Source: Eledone cirrhosa
Taxonomy: Eukaryota
Direction of reading: 5' to 3'
Assembly (NCBI GenBank): GCA_964016885.1
Contig: OZ024741.1
Span: 323,826,001 to 323,890,000 of the forward strand
DNA: 64,000 bases
Each line of letters begins with the position of its first letter. Position 1 is the stretch's first letter. The notes under the pieces are model-generated. The model saw nothing but the letters and a program-made list of their open reading frames with translations. It searched no databases and had not been told where the DNA came from. This document shows, piece after piece, positions 1 through 15,429 of this stretch. The translations under genes and the position numbers were made by a program.

Positions 1-1650
1 TATTGAAACAAGACCCAAGAATGAAAAAAAGCCCTTGAAACACACAAAATAATCAAAAGCAAAAGACAACCGAAATCACTGAAAACATTACTCACCAATG
101 CCAAATTAACTACCACAAACACACAACCAACTGTCAAAAAATGTGGTCGTTCTAATTGTGGAACCTGCACTCACCTCATTGAAGGCAACACGTATACATT
201 TCAATCAGGACAAAATTTTGCTGTAAAAAATCACTTCACTTCCTCATAAAAAATTCTACTTTATGCCATTAAATGTAAAGGATGCCATGAAGATTATATA
301 AGACAAACTAAACTCACACTCAGAAACAGAATGACAGTTCATCGCCAACAATTACGAGATCCAATCACGAGACAGATACCACTAAGTGCACATCCAGACA
401 TATCCGCAAGTAATAAGACACCCAAATTCCAAGTCTTCCCATTTTACCTTTGCGCTGACAATACAACAGAACAAATACGAATAAATAAGGAAAATATGTT
501 TATTCAAAAATATAGACCAGCATTAAATATGGTTTAATATACATTATGTCAACACCATAACATGCTAACCATCCAAACAGACACATACACACACACATAA
601 GACCTTCTACTTTAGAAAATAAAAACCCGAACTAAATAAACCTTAACATACGGTTGCGCTGACAATACAACAGAACAAATACGATAAGGAAAATATGTTC
701 ATTCAAAAATATTTCTAGTAACGGAATCATTTTGCTGCACACATACATACACACACAATATATATTCTCTTCATCTTAACATGCTAACCATACTCCCACA
801 CACACATAACACCCATACACTCACATAACCACCCCACCACACACAACTCCCTCCCCCATTTCTATTAATAGAATCAATTTCCTACACGCATACACACACA
901 CAAAAAATATATATTCTCTCCATCTTAACATACTCCCACACACACACACACACACATAACACCCATACACACACAACTCCCTCCCCCATTTCTACTAATA
1001 GAATCATCTTCCTATGCACACACACACACAAGCACATAAATAAACATACATATCTCTACTTTCTCTATTTCAATAGAAAGTCTGAATTCTGACACCCCAG
1101 CGAACCAGCCATATTCACCGAACCAGAACAATTCTCCCATCCCACTTCTCTTAACCATTATCTTTTGTTTGTCATAAAATTCTCTAAAAGGCTACAAAAT
1201 AAATTCCCAAATACGGGCGCAAAATTTAATGAACTTGTTCACGTGACAGTTTAATTTCATTTATAACCAATCAAATTACATTTTTAAAAAAAGCTATCGT
1301 GAGCCACTTTTTTTAAGTAAAAAGAAATTCAAACAAACTGGCGCGAAATGTATTATACTTATTCACCAACCAATCAAATTACTTCTCTAAAAACCTGGCG
1401 TTTCGAGCCACTTTTTTCCATATAAAACAAGTAACATTCAAAGACCAACCAGATTTGAGAAAAACCACAGACCCTCCATCTCAACTCTACTTTTGAAAAG
1501 CAGAACTGCGAAAACGGTAAAGGAACCAAATAAATATATATATTTAAAAAAAAATAAGACTAGTTGCGTTTTCGATTTCATCTTTTTTTCTTTATACTTT
1601 CACTCGTGTAGGACACCTCGGTTATTTTTCATTTTGTAAAAAAACCTCAC

Positions 1651-1656
<6 letters not shown>
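1..1656 (+). mobile_element. Penelope-like element (PLE) 3' portion: GIY-YIG end plus 3' non-coding region, ending at a (TA)n tract
   Basis: Frame +1 from 121 reads CGRSNCGTC...LLYAIKCKGCHEDYIRQTKLTLRNRMTVH...ENMFIQKYRPALN, a Cys-rich linker plus degenerate GIY-YIG typical of PLE C-termini. The last ~320 bp recur inverted at 13369-13692. Confidence 0.8.
121..537 (+). pseudogene. PLE GIY-YIG endonuclease domain remnant
   Basis: In-frame TAA at 247-249; YIG degenerated to YIR; continues into track ORF 331-537. Confidence 0.75.
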
Positions 1657-1681
<25 letters not shown>

Positions 1682-1779
1682 GTGGTAGAACACTGGAAGG
1701 TGATATCCGTAGTGGTAGATCACTCAGTCCATGCGACGAGTTAGGTAGAAGTGGTTACACAACAGTTAGTTCACCATAC

Positions 1780-1817
1780 CGAGAACAATTGTTTCACCTT
1801 AGCGGATCCTCAGCTCG
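1780..1817 (-). ncRNA. Minimal type I hammerhead ribozyme motif
   Basis: Minus strand: cgag CTGAGGA t-cc-gctaa-gg-t GAAA caattg TT ctcg. Helix I cgag/ctcg, palindromic helix III ACAATTGT, GUU site. The host segment starts at (TA)n at 1681. Confidence 0.65.
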
Positions 1818-2130
1818 TAATGGACATGGTTATATTGTTCTCGGTATAAGTGTTTGTTGAGCTAGTTTAATGAGGACACACATACTGTTTTTATAGATAC
1901 TATTATGCCGAAGATGGTTTTCTGCAATTGCGCTGACGCCCAAAAGCTAGTCATTAGGGGATCATGTACGACAAAGATAACACCTAAATCGTAGGCCGTC
2001 CCCGAATCAAATATTTTTTCTGTTTACATTTTTACTGTTTGTGCATGCCGTGATTCCTTTATTGATTAACTAATTATGCAATCAAAAGCTGATGATGTCG
2101 CAAGGATCTTACATAACCTAGCCAGTGGCA

Positions 2131-2633
2131 TCTATATATATAAAGTTGTAGTTCCTATCTGTTTGTTTGTTCACGAAATCCTCCTATGGTTTTGGAGTTA
2201 GACCCCCATAACTATATATATTCTGAAACTAAATTGCCCAGGGTACTTGGATAAGTATATTTCATTTTAATCAAAGGGTTTTCCGGTGGCACAAACCCCC
2301 GCTGAAAGTTTTTCCCCTTCGATTTATATGAAATTTAAACCATAGGTAAATGATAAGATATGATGCCTATTCACAAAAGTTTTGAATTGATATTTTGAAA
2401 AAAATTATTTACAAGAAACAATATAAGAATAAGATTTAATAATGTAATTTTGATTTGATATATTACAAAAAATAATGTTTTCCAATTTTTCATGCATTAC
2501 ATTTTACATTGAGTAATATTGAAATGCAGAGTTATTCTCCATAAATTATATCACTGATTGAAAATCAATCATTTTCTTTAAAAAAAAAAAAAAAAATGTG
2601 CTAAACGCAGCAAAGCGCGGGTAATTCGGCTAG
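2131..2633 (+). mobile_element. Non-autonomous Helitron
   Basis: 5' A|TCTATATATATAAAG; 3' GC-rich imperfect hairpin cgcagcaaagcgcg then CTAG|T; inserted between A and T with no TSD. Confidence 0.75.
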
Positions 2634-2839
2634 TATATATACATAGTGTTTTGAGACAATAAAACTTTAAAGGAAGATCACCACAAGCCTGGCCTCCTGT
2701 TGTTTTAATCAAACAAATATTTAAATCTGTTCCGGCAGAAACCACAGGATTCAGCATCAACGTTGGATGAGTTGTGTAACGTAGAGTGCTTTTCTACTAT
2801 ACATCATGATTAACTAAACATATATGAATTTGCATATAC

Positions 2840-3700
<861 letters not shown>

Positions 3701-4179
3701 GATGACGAAGGACCGTGACAAGTGGTGAGATTCTGTGCTGAATAGGACCCGTCCCATCCTGGTAAGCAGGGAAAAGCGGACGAAAAATGATGATGACGAT
3801 GATGATTCATATATACACATATGTGTATATATATATATATGTGTGTGTTTCTTTTTTTGTGTGTACACTTGTTTGTGTGTGTATATGTGTGTATAGTTAT
3901 ATATTATTTCGATTTTCATCTGCAAAGGTAAGCCTTCCCAAACTTCTTGTAGTGGTAGCGTTCATGTTGTTGGTGTTATTGGTGATGATGATTGTGGTGT
4001 TGTTGTTGGCGGGGTGATTGTGGTGGTGGTGTTGATGTTGCTGCTGGTAGTAGTAGTAGTAGTGTTGATATTGGCATCGGTGGCCGTGGTGGTGTTATTG
4101 GTGACAAGGGAAAAGACTACCATGACCATTAGTAAATGGTGATGGTGGTCTGGTGTTGGTTGTATTGTTCTGGTATTAT

Positions 4180-4372
4180 TTTGGATTGGCAGTATCAGTA
4201 GAGGTTCGGACGCTATGCCATGCAGCATAGAGTTACGGCCCTTTACGGTTTGAATTCAAATCCCGCCGAGGTTCACTTTGCCTTTCTTTCTTACGGGGTC
4301 AATAAAATAAAGTACCAGTAATTCACTGAGGAAATTGCTGGCCTTGTGTCAAAAGTAGAAACAATTATTTTT
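4180..4372 (+). mobile_element. tRNA-derived SINE (family A)
   Basis: A-box-like TGGCAGTATCAG, B-box-like GAATTCAAATCC, core ctttgcctttc..ggggtc.ataaaataaagtaccagt, tail agaaacaattatt. Confidence 0.85.
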
Positions 4373-4539
4373 AGTGTTGTGCCTTCCGATGCATTGTATG
4401 TGACGCTGAATCTCTCTGATAACTACGTTAATGGTACACGTGTCTATGGAATACTGAGTTACACGTTAAACGAACGACTAGAGTACTCATCGTTGAAACC
4501 GATGGAGTAACATTTGTTCATATTATTTTTGTGTGTAAA

Positions 4540-4735
4540 GGGCGGTGAATTGCCAGTATCGGTAGAGGGTCGGACGCCTTACTTTTACGCATAGAGTTAC
4601 GGCCCTTGCCATTCTGAGTTCAAATCCCGCCGAGGTTAACTTTGCCTTTCATCCTTACGGGTCGATAAAATAAAGTACCAGTAATGTACTGGGTTTTTGC
4701 TGGCCTTGTGCCAATAGTAGAAACAATTATTTTTG
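4540..4735 (+). mobile_element. tRNA-derived SINE (family A)
   Basis: Same consensus: GAGTTCAAATCC B-box and gcctttcatccttacgggtcgataaaataaagtaccag core. Confidence 0.85.
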
Positions 4736-5629
4736 TGTATATGTGTTATATATTTTTCTGGGTTGAGTGGGAAGCTGTGTTTTTATGATGGCGTCAGTGA
4801 TGGTGTATATGCGCCTAGGTGTCTGGCGATTGCTTGCCAATGTAATTTTGCATTGCTTTGTTGCCTTAAATCCCAAACGTCTGTTCAAACATTGTGACCT
4901 TAACGATACAGGCTTGGGTGTTGTGGGAGAGTGCTGTCTGGCTCGCGTGCAGGATCGCTTATACTGTGTGCCTCATGTAGAAGTTGCGGTTTTCTGCGCC
5001 AAGGAATTTTACATTTGTTCATATTTTCTATTCATTGTGTATATGGTCTGTAAAAGTTTGACCTTGAGTTTACTCATGGAAATGTTGTGCCTCTCCAAGG
5101 CACAAGCCTGGGCAAGGTGTTTTGTGCCACTCTCCTCTTTTCATGACATCGCCATTATCCAAGAGAAATGCATAGGCAGATATAACTTGGCACGAGTATA
5201 GTTCCTTCTTATTTTCCACGGCTGATTGGACTGGAGCAACAGGAAATAAAATTTCTTGCTCAAAGTACAGGAATCTGACTCACGGCCTTACGATTTGGAG
5301 CCCTATGCCCTAACCACCAAAAGAGGCGCCTTTACAAGTGGAAAATGATGATGATGATAATTACGTTGCTGCTGTTGATGATGATGATGAATATTGTGAT
5401 AATGAATGTGGTAATGATGGTGAACATGAGGTTGTTGAAATGTATGACCATTATGTTGAAAATGATGATAATAGTAGTTATGACGATGATAGAATGCGAT
5501 GATAATCGAGATGATGGTAATGATATTGATGATGAAGCTGGTAACGTTGATGAGGATAATGGTTCCGTAACAAGTGCTGTGATTTTTACTGTTGTTGTTA
5601 TTGTTGTTGCTGGTGGTGATGTAAGCAAT

Positions 5630-6520
5630 CAATCATTTTACGAAGCATTGAGCGACTTTCTACACAACTTCTGGCCGAAAATTTGGGATTAAAATGACGA
5701 GTAAGTGGTCACTCTCGCTTCACAAATACTAGGGATTTTGTATAGAGAGTTTAGCCCAACAAGAAGCTGGCCAAGGATCCCGTACTCCTGCAGAATCTTT
5801 CACAGCAGGTCCCTTGTAACGCAGTCGTATGCCTTTTCGCGGTTTACGAAACAAGCATACACGTCTTGGTAATACTTTCACGATTTCTCAAAGATATCTC
5901 ACAGTGTGAATTGTTGCGTCCGGGGCGAAAACCCTCACTGTTCATCAGCCGTTATTTCTGGTGCCACACACAAATAGTGGATTTTTAATCTTTTATCCAA
6001 ATCCTCAGTACCCTAATCATGAAGCTTTGCTAAGGAAATCCTGACTATATCTAGCCAGTAGCATATAACCTCCTATAATAGATCCTGTTCCTTAATTGTA
6101 AGGGTTGTGATGTTCCAGTTTCCAATTGATACTATTTGCTCCCATCCGAACATTCTTTCGGGTCTGGGAAGACGCAATCTTTGTGAGTCCATCTCATGCC
6201 TCCCAGGACAGGTTACAGGCCAATCGCTAGTTTTTACAGCATGAGATGGGGACTGCAATATATCTTTCGAACAGTCCCTCTACTTTAGGCTGGAACGCGT
6301 CCCTTGTTAGCCCACGCAAATAACAATGCGGTATGACTGCCTTTATTTTGTCTAGCCATATTTCAGTGATTTTAGTGATATTATTTGCCTTTTTAGAGTT
6401 GTCCTTTACTGAGCTCGTTGTAACCACAACATTGGGTTTTAAGAGTTTTCTTGGAAGCTAAAGGTGTCACCCATTGCTTCATAACCCATAGCTGCTTATT
6501 AGTCCGGCAGGTGTCCACAT
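5630..6520 (-). mobile_element. Degraded, internally deleted RTE-like LINE fragment
   Basis: Minus strand has an endonuclease N-terminus (IGNWNITTLTIKEQDLL, ~6075-6130) and an RT fragment (IFEKS..YQDVYACFVNREKAYDCV, ~5820-5900) with stops. Confidence 0.6.
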
Positions 6521-6756
6521 ATATCGCAACTAGCTATTATATCTTATTGCCCGTATCGCTAACCACCTTCTGTAACTCATTTTCTAGCAGAACAGCTCTG
6601 CCGAAAATAAGGGTAATATTTGATAACTAAAAATAATAGTTGAATATATTTGGCAAAATAAATCTGAATATGGAAAATAGAGGCCAAATTCCGTGTCCTG
6701 GGGTTACATTTCTGATTTATTCAACCACTCATTATAGTTATCAAATATTATTTTAG

Positions 6757-6948
6757 CGGTGGATTGGCAGTATCGGTAGAGGGTCGGACGCCAAGCTTCG
6801 ACGCATAGAGTTACGGCCCTTGCCATTCTGAGTTCAAATCCCGCCAAGGTTAACTTTGCCTTTCATCCTTATGGTGTCGATAAAATAAAGTAGCAGTAAT
6901 ACACTGGGTGATTGCTGGCCTTGTGCCAAAAGTAGAAACAATTATTTT
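6757..6948 (+). mobile_element. tRNA-derived SINE (family A)
   Basis: Matches the family A consensus over its full length. Confidence 0.85.
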
Positions 6949-6987
6949 AGTTACATCCATTGCTGTTTCTGTATATTAAACCCCCCC

Positions 6988-7020
<33 letters not shown>

Positions 7021-7160
7021 AGACTGATGATTTCTTTTTTTTTAATGAAACAGTTCTAGCCCTGTAGAAGCCATTTCTATATTAAAGTTGATGTTTACAC
7101 TTTACTAATGTATTAAGTACCTTACTTACTGTGGTTATCCCTGCTACACTCCCCCCACAC

Positions 7161-7209
<49 letters not shown>

Positions 7210-7212
7210 CAT

Positions 7213-7248
<36 letters not shown>

Positions 7249-7345
7249 GCATGTATATCTATATCTATCTCTCTCTATATATATATGTATATATATATTA
7301 TACAGACAGACACATACAAGCACACAGACACAGACATACACACAC

Positions 7346-7384
<39 letters not shown>

Positions 7385-7795
7385 CGTATATATATTTATA
7401 TATGTGTGTATGCAGCTGTGTGTGTGTGTGTGTGAATCCACCCCTCCACTTGTCTCCAATTATGTGCATCATATATCTGTCCATTACCTCCATGATATGT
7501 TCCAAGACAATATATCTACCTGTTAACCTTTCACATACCAACACACTTCAATTTTGGCTTCACATAAATCTTACCTTTTACCAATCGTTCTTTCTTCCTT
7601 CTTTCTCTCTATACCCATCATCTTTCTCTCTCTACCCCCCCCCCGTCTTTCTCTCTTTCTCTTTTTATATATAACAGTCACACACAGACGTACACAGACA
7701 TACACATATATTATATGTATGTAAATATGTATGTATGTATATATATGTTATGTATGTATGTATATATATATATATATATATATTAAAATATAGAG

Positions 7796-7831
<36 letters not shown>

Positions 7832-7838
7832 TATAGAG

Positions 7839-7912
<74 letters not shown>

Positions 7913-7999
7913 TAATTAATATCTAGTAACATATATATACATACAGATGCATATCAATGCTAGCAAATATAGTTAATTTTATAATTTTCTTATTTTACG

Positions 8000-8039
<40 letters not shown>

Positions 8040-8147
8040 ATGTGCAATACACATACGTGTGGGTGAGTGTGCATATTATATATCTACCGTAAGTATTGAG
8101 TACTTTGGTGCGTTATGGTCCATCTGGTTCCGTACCACATTTCCTTC

Positions 8148-8205
<58 letters not shown>

Positions 8206-8333
8206 CATATATAATAGTCTATGCACACTTACCCACAAGTATGTGTATTGCACATATACATACATACATCCAAACACACATTCATCCACCCATACATATA
8301 TATATAGCTACTACAACTGCAAGAACAACTAAG

Positions 8334-8385
<52 letters not shown>

Positions 8386-8689
8386 CTTAGTTGTTCTTGC
8401 AGTTGTAGTAGCTGTTCTGTTAGCTGCTGTCACTACTTAAGTAACGAAGCAATGGCTCAACAGTTGCTGTGCTAGTGAACTAACACTTCCCCTCTGCTCT
8501 AACTGCAGTGCTCACATTGAAGTGTGTAAAAGCTATTGGAGAATGTGAAGTATACACCACAACCTCTGTCTTAGCCTCTGTCTCTCATAGGCCCCACCCA
8601 CGCATCATCCCCACTCAGTGAATGTGTGTTGCTAACTCTCTGTGTATATGTGTGGTTATGTATATATGTACTAGTATACCCAAGTAGAT

Positions 8690-9545
8690 GCTTAGGTGGC
8701 TATGTAGATGTGCATGTGTGTTGCTATGTAGATGTATATGTGTGTTGCTATGTAGATGTATATGTGTGTTGATATGTAGTGTGTATATGTGTTGCTATGT
8801 AGATGTGTATATGTGTTGTTATGTAGATGTGTGTTGTTATGTAGATGTGTGTTGTTATGTAGATGTGTATATGTGTTGTTATGTAGATGTGTATGTGTGT
8901 TGTTATGTATATGTGTAGATGTGTTGTTATGTAGATGTGTGTTGTTATGTAGATGTGTGTTGTTATGTAGATGTGTGTTGTTATGTAGATGTGTGTTGTT
9001 ATGTATATGTGTATATGTGTTGTTATGTAGATGTGTATGCGTGTCTAGCTATGTAGATGTGTATGTGTGTTGTTATGTAGATGTGTATATGTGTTGTTAT
9101 GTAGATGTGTATGTGTGTTGTTATGTAGATGTGTATATGTGTTTTTATGTAGATGTGTATGTGTCTGGTTATGTAGGTGTGTATGTGTGTTGTCATGTAG
9201 ATGTGTGTTGTTATGTAGATGTGTATATGTGTTGTTATGTAGATGTGTATGTGAGTGGTTATGTAGATGTGTAGATGTGTTGTTATGTAGATGTGTGTTG
9301 TTGTGTATATGTGTATATGTGTTGTTATGTAGATGTGTATATGTGTTGTTATGTAGATGTGTATGTGAGTGGTTATGTAGATGTGTGTTGTTATGTATCT
9401 GTGTATCTGTGTGTTGTTATGTAGATGTGTATTGTTATGTAGATGTGTATCTGTGTGTTGCTATGTAGATGTGTGTTGTTATGTAGATGTGTCTATCTGT
9501 TTTTATGTATTTCTATGTAGATGTGTATACGAGTGGCTACATAGA
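8690..9545. repeat. Minisatellite of ~18-26-bp units (tgtgttgttatgtagatg[tgtata])
   Basis: Visible tandem iterations; the source of the VLLCRC/CCYVDV ORFs. Confidence 0.9.
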
Positions 9546-9629
9546 TGAGTATGTCTATAGCTGTGTGTGTTGTGTAACTTTTTATGAACCGGTCACTTTG
9601 TACAGTGTTTCACTCTTTCACCGGTTTCA

Positions 9630-10150
<521 letters not shown>

Positions 10151-10742
10151 TGCTAATGCTGGATAGAATGCCTCACGTTATTTGTTCCGGCTGACAGCGC
10201 CCTGATTTCAAATTCTGTCGAAATCAACTTCGCTTTCACGATTTCACAGTCAATAAATAAAGTACCAGTTCATTATCGTTGTCGATTCTTCATCTATATT
10301 TATTTCTCCCTTCCTCTCTCACGTCATCTCTAGATTTCTCTGGAAGAAATCCGCAATATTCAGACTAAGAGTGGGGTGAACATTGAAGTTAAATGTATGT
10401 CACAGGGTAGCCCTACAACTCCAACAGGAGTTAAAAGCAAATGTCCATCACCATGTATGTGTGTGAGTATTGATATGGTTGTCTGTGTATGTTGTTATTA
10501 GACCCAGGTCAATCAACGTTGAGCCGGCGTCTGATTTAAGGCAGTCCAACCGTGTTATTTTCTATATGCGCATGGTCCCTAGTACTACTTAAAGCAGCAT
10601 GTTCTTTCCGTAGTTATTTTCTGTTTCTGTGTGAATGTGTGTGTATGCGTATGAGTGTGTGTGTGTATATACGTATAGAATTTCGAGATGTATACATTAG
10701 TATTGGGACTGTGTATATATATACATACGTGTATATCATTAT

Positions 10743-11118
10743 TGGATTGGCAGTATCGGTAGAGGGTCGGACACCATGCTTTGACGCATAGATTTACGGT
10801 CCTTGCCATTCTGAGTTCAAATCCCGCCGAGGTTAACTTTGCCTTTCATCCTTACGGGGTCGATAAAATAAAGTACCAGTAATGTACTGGATGATTGCTG
10901 GCCTTGTGCCAAAAAGTAGAAACAATTATTATATTTGGCAGTATCAGTAGAAGGTCGGACGCCATGCTTTCCAGCATAGTTAATGTCCCTTTACGGTCTG
11001 AGTTCAAATCCCGTCGATGTTAACTTTGCCTTTCATCCTTACGGGGTCGATAAAATAAAGTACCAGTAATGCACTGGGTACTTGCTGGCCTTGTGCCAGA
11101 AGTAGAAACAATTATTAT
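10743..11118 (+). mobile_element. Two tandem family A SINEs
   Basis: Consensus repeated at ~10743-10932 and ~10935-11118. Confidence 0.85.
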
Positions 11119-11289
11119 AAAACGCATGAATCAATTGAAAACGACTTTGTGCTAGATATATTTGTGAAATGTTAACTTGATATGTTCATCGCTACCTCTA
11201 TCTCTGGTGGTAAGTTTGTCAGCATTAGAACAATAACTACCTATAGCTACCGACATATGTATCTCTCTCTCTTTGAACAATAAAAAACC

Positions 11290-11367
<78 letters not shown>

Positions 11368-11678
11368 AAGGTGGGTGAAAGTGGCGAGAATGGCCCGAGT
11401 GAATGGGCCTTCTCTCTATATCAGCCTTTAGGTTGAGGAAAAAGAGGAAGAGAGAAAAGGGGTACAAATTCTTCGTACTCATGGAGATGAGGGGTGCACA
11501 TTTTTTCGGGGGTATGTGTTACCCATATGTAATGTCTCCCCTATTGGGGAAAATCGAGTAATTTTTAAATTGCATTTCTGATAATATTTTAGACGTTTTT
11601 ATTGTATGTAAACTTCCTCCTTTGTATTTGTCCTCTTCTTTTGTGCCCCTGTGGCTAATAAAGAAACATATCTATCTA
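11368..11678 (+). mobile_element. Tx1-like LINE 3' fragment in (TATC)n
   Basis: aggtgggtgaaagtggcgag matches the ORF2 end of the 43475-48420 element. It ends ccctgtggctaataaagaaacatatctatct and is preceded by (TATC)n at 11291-11367. Confidence 0.7.
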
Positions 11679-12042
11679 CTAATGTATCACTCCGGAGATA
11701 GATAGATACATAGGTTTAATAAAGTCATCCTAATTTAGTGGATATATATTTTATAATGATTAAAGTCAATATGAGCGAACATAATAGTAATTGATTGAAA
11801 TGAATGTAAAATTAAATATGGCGATGATCAGAGTTACAAGAGGGAGAAGGTCAAAGAAAATCGAAAACTCAAGCATTTTTACATAGAATGTTGTAATCAA
11901 GGAGAAATTAATGAAATTAAATATATTTTAACGAAAAACCTCATTTGTTGATGGGTACTATGTATGTATGTATGTATGTATGTATGTATGTATTGAAACT
12001 ATACGGATTTACAGAAGTTGAGTGAAGAGAAGGGACTGATCG

Positions 12043-12078
<36 letters not shown>

Positions 12079-12297
12079 TCATATGTCAGAATCAATTACC
12101 TTTAGTATTGGGTTTTTATTGTGTGAGTGGGGGTGGAGGGGGGGATCGATCGACAATGTCATCACCTGCAACATCAGGAAATTAGCTTAAACTGTTTAAT
12201 TTCTCATTTGTAATCGAAGTGTTGTAAACTGGCGCATAATCCTGATATATATATATATATATATAAAATAATTTCCGTAATTACAGGTACTAAGTTG

Positions 12298-12482
12298 AAT
12301 AATTGTTTCTACTTTTTGGCACAAGGCCAGCAATCATCCAGTACATTACTGGTACTTTATTTTATCGACCCCCGTAAGGATGAAAGGCAAAGTTAACCTC
12401 GGCGGGATTAAAATCAGAATGGCAAGGGCGGTAACTCTATGCGTCAAAGCATGGCGTCCGACCCTCTACCGATACTGCCAGT
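12298..12482 (-). mobile_element. tRNA-derived SINE (family A)
   Basis: Reverse complement of the family A consensus. Confidence 0.85.
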
Positions 12483-12810
12483 CCTAATTGTTGTTCACGT
12501 CCAAATTTTCAAAATAGTGAGTAAGTTACTCTTAAAAAGTTCTTAATATATAAAAAAATATTTTTTGGGAATTGTATTTACTAGTATAGAGAGAGAGGAA
12601 GAGGAATTAGAAAGTGGATTGACAAACGGAGTAGTATAGAGAGAGAGAGGAAGGGGTAGAAGAATTAGGAAGTGGAGTGACAAACTGAGATGGAGGTGAG
12701 GGGGTAGAGGTGGAAGGATTCCTCGATCAATTTTGATATGTAGACTTCATGTCGTCGATTTACAGTGTAGGGAGTTAAAGAGAATTAAATTGTTTATAGT
12801 GGGAGGGATG

Positions 12811-12848
<38 letters not shown>

Positions 12849-13303
12849 GCAGGAGATAGAGAGAGAGGGGGCAGGAGATAGAGAGATAAATATATATAAA
12901 AAAAAAAAAAATTATAGAAGGGGGAAAAGGAAGAAGAAAAGAAAAGATAGCAAAAAAGGGAGAGAAGAAAGGAAGAGAACGAAAAGAAATAGAAAAGGAA
13001 TGAAGTAGGAGGGAGGGATATAGGTAATTAAAGGGGTTGTATACAATAAGAGGGTAGAAAGTCTAAGTATATGCAGTTTGTCAGGTAGGTTCGATTTGCA
13101 CTTGTAGTGCGAAAACTTTTCTTTGAGTCTATCGTTACAATAAATTCATCTTTCGATTTTATTTGTTGAGTAACTTATTCTTCGAACTCAAAATGTGGTA
13201 CAGCTCAAGGTCACATAACCGGCAGCTTCTCATACCTCTCCGATATGGGGGCGCGTTCGATAATTTTATTGTGGGACATTCTGGGAGATATATATATATA
13301 TAC

Positions 13304-13368
<65 letters not shown>

Positions 13369-13373
<5 letters not shown>

Positions 13374-13692
13374 GTGAGGTTTTTCCTTTACAAAATGAAA
13401 AATAACCGAGGTGTCCTACACGAGTGAAAGTATAAAGAAAAAGAGATGAAATCGAAAATGCAACTGAAGTCTTATTTTTTTAAAAAATATATATATTTAT
13501 TTGGTTCCTTTACCGGTTTCGCAGTTCTTCTGCTTTTCAAAAGGTGAGTTGAGATGGAGGGTCTGTGGTTTTTCTCACATCTGGTTGGTCTCTGAATGTT
13601 ACTTGTTTTATATGGAAAAAGTGGCTCGAAATGCCAGGTTTTTCGAGAAGTAATTTGATTGGTTTGTCAATAATTATAATAAATTTCGCGCC
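13369..13692 (-). mobile_element. PLE 3'-terminal fragment (same family as 1-1656)
   Basis: Reverse complement of ~1340-1656, flanked by (TA)n on both sides. Confidence 0.8.
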
Positions 13693-13916
13693 ATATATAT
13701 AATGTATATATATATATATATATATATTGGTAAACGGAATAGAAAATGCTGACAAATTGTTCACAGTGAAAAATAGTTTAATTAGGAATAAGTGATAATT
13801 AGTAATAGTATTGGTTAGTATTAAGTTTTGGTTTTAAGTTTTACCGGTTGCGAATTTCTAATGCTTTTCAAAAATAATTTTGAGATAGAGCGTCCGTGAT
13901 GTTTGCTCTGATATAT

Positions 13917-13954
<38 letters not shown>

Positions 13955-13957
<3 letters not shown>

Positions 13958-14680
13958 TATGTATACGTACATACATATATGTATACAGACGTACAGTAGT
14001 ATGTATATATATATGTACATATATATATGTACGTGTGGATTCACCGAACATTTATTATAATGCTCGGTGTGTTTGTAAACAAACATCCCGAATTAAGCCG
14101 TAGTGTCTAGCAACCATCGTTGCTCATTTGTTCAACACTGACAAAGGAACGCTGTACTAGTTTCAAGCTTATTAGCTATCGTCAGCAACGTATACCTTCC
14201 TGCCAGATGGTTAAACGTCTGAAAGTATATACTTTCCTTATGCATATTAACGGCTGAGCAGCCTAATTTGTCGGCCGATTAACTCACTCGATATACAAAT
14301 TAGGCTGCTCAGCCGTTAATATGCATAAGGTAAGTATATACTTTCAGACGTTCAACCATCTGGCAGGAAGGTATACGTTGCTGACGATTGCTAATAAGCT
14401 TGAAACTAGTACAGCGTTCCTTTGTCAGAGTTGAACAAATGAGCAACGATGGTTGCTAGACACTACGGCTTAATTCGGGATGTTTGTTTACAAACACACC
14501 GAGCATTATAATAAATGTTCGGTGAATCCATACGTACATATATATATGTGTGCATGTATATATATATATACATACTACTGTACGTCTGTATACATATATG
14601 TATGTACCTATACATACATATATTTAAGTAACAGCCGTACTAAGAGTGAGAAATGAAATTTCGTTTCATCTTTTCCGTTT
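13955..14680 (+). mobile_element. Non-coding fold-back element with an HHR in each arm
   Basis: ~310-bp inverted arms (~13960-14270 / 14297-14620) around a 26-bp spacer. A unique 3' tail (gagtgagaaatgaaatttcg) abuts (TA)n. Confidence 0.85.
14375..14417 (+). ncRNA. Type I hammerhead ribozyme motif (mirror copy 14149-14191, minus)
   Basis: acgttg CTGACGA ttgct-aata-agctt GAAA cta GTA cagcgt; the mirror copy has helix II agct/agct. Helix III palindrome ACTAGT, GUA site. Confidence 0.8.
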
Positions 14681-15030
14681 ATATATATATATATCTCCCA
14701 GAATGTCTAGGAACCTGTTAGATGTATACATATCCATCAACCAAGCACTATAACCATGAAAATGAAAATAGAGCGGTCCGGAGAACTAATATCCTAACTT
14801 GGGCGCGTGTCTAAACAAGAATCTCTGTGCAGTTCTATGCAATCGTTTGGAAAGATCGATATTTAGTACAGTAAACACGTTCACCTTAATTATTTATGTC
14901 ATGTCCTCAGCCGGAAACAATCTGACAAAGAAACAAGCTGAGTGGTTAAGAAAACAGCTTCGCAATCAGACTGCTCCGTGTTCAGTCCCACAACAGGACT
15001 TCTTTGATTGACGGAAACTGCAAAAGCCAG

Positions 15031-15177
<147 letters not shown>

Positions 15178-15182
15178 CATTT

Positions 15183-15338
15183 AATATAGAAATGGCTTCT
15201 ACAGGACTAGAACTGTTTCATTCGAAGGAAATGACCAGGAAAGCTGTGCCGATGATTTATTTCGAATGAAACAGTTCTAGTCCTGTAGAAGCCATTGCTA
15301 TATTAAATTTGTTGTGTACGCTCTACTAATGTACCTGG

Positions 15339-15340
<2 letters not shown>
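15183..15340 (+). mobile_element. Short fold-back element with degenerate HHR; relative at 7021-7135
   Basis: Arms aatatagaaatggcttctacaggactagaactgtttcattcgaa and its reverse complement. Right arm has CCGATGA...GAAAcagTT; the 7021 copy has CTGATGA...GAAAcagTTctag. Confidence 0.55.

Positions 15341-15429
<89 letters not shown>

Noticed and set aside
2087-2120. CTGATGA as a possible hammerhead core
   Set aside because: No downstream GAAA or supporting helices.
4540-4640. tRNA genes suggested by A/B boxes
   Set aside because: These are SINE heads; no cloverleaf, and they are followed by the SINE core and tail.
4767-5201. 144-aa ORF as a host exon
   Set aside because: GTG start and no recognisable motif; cannot be supported.
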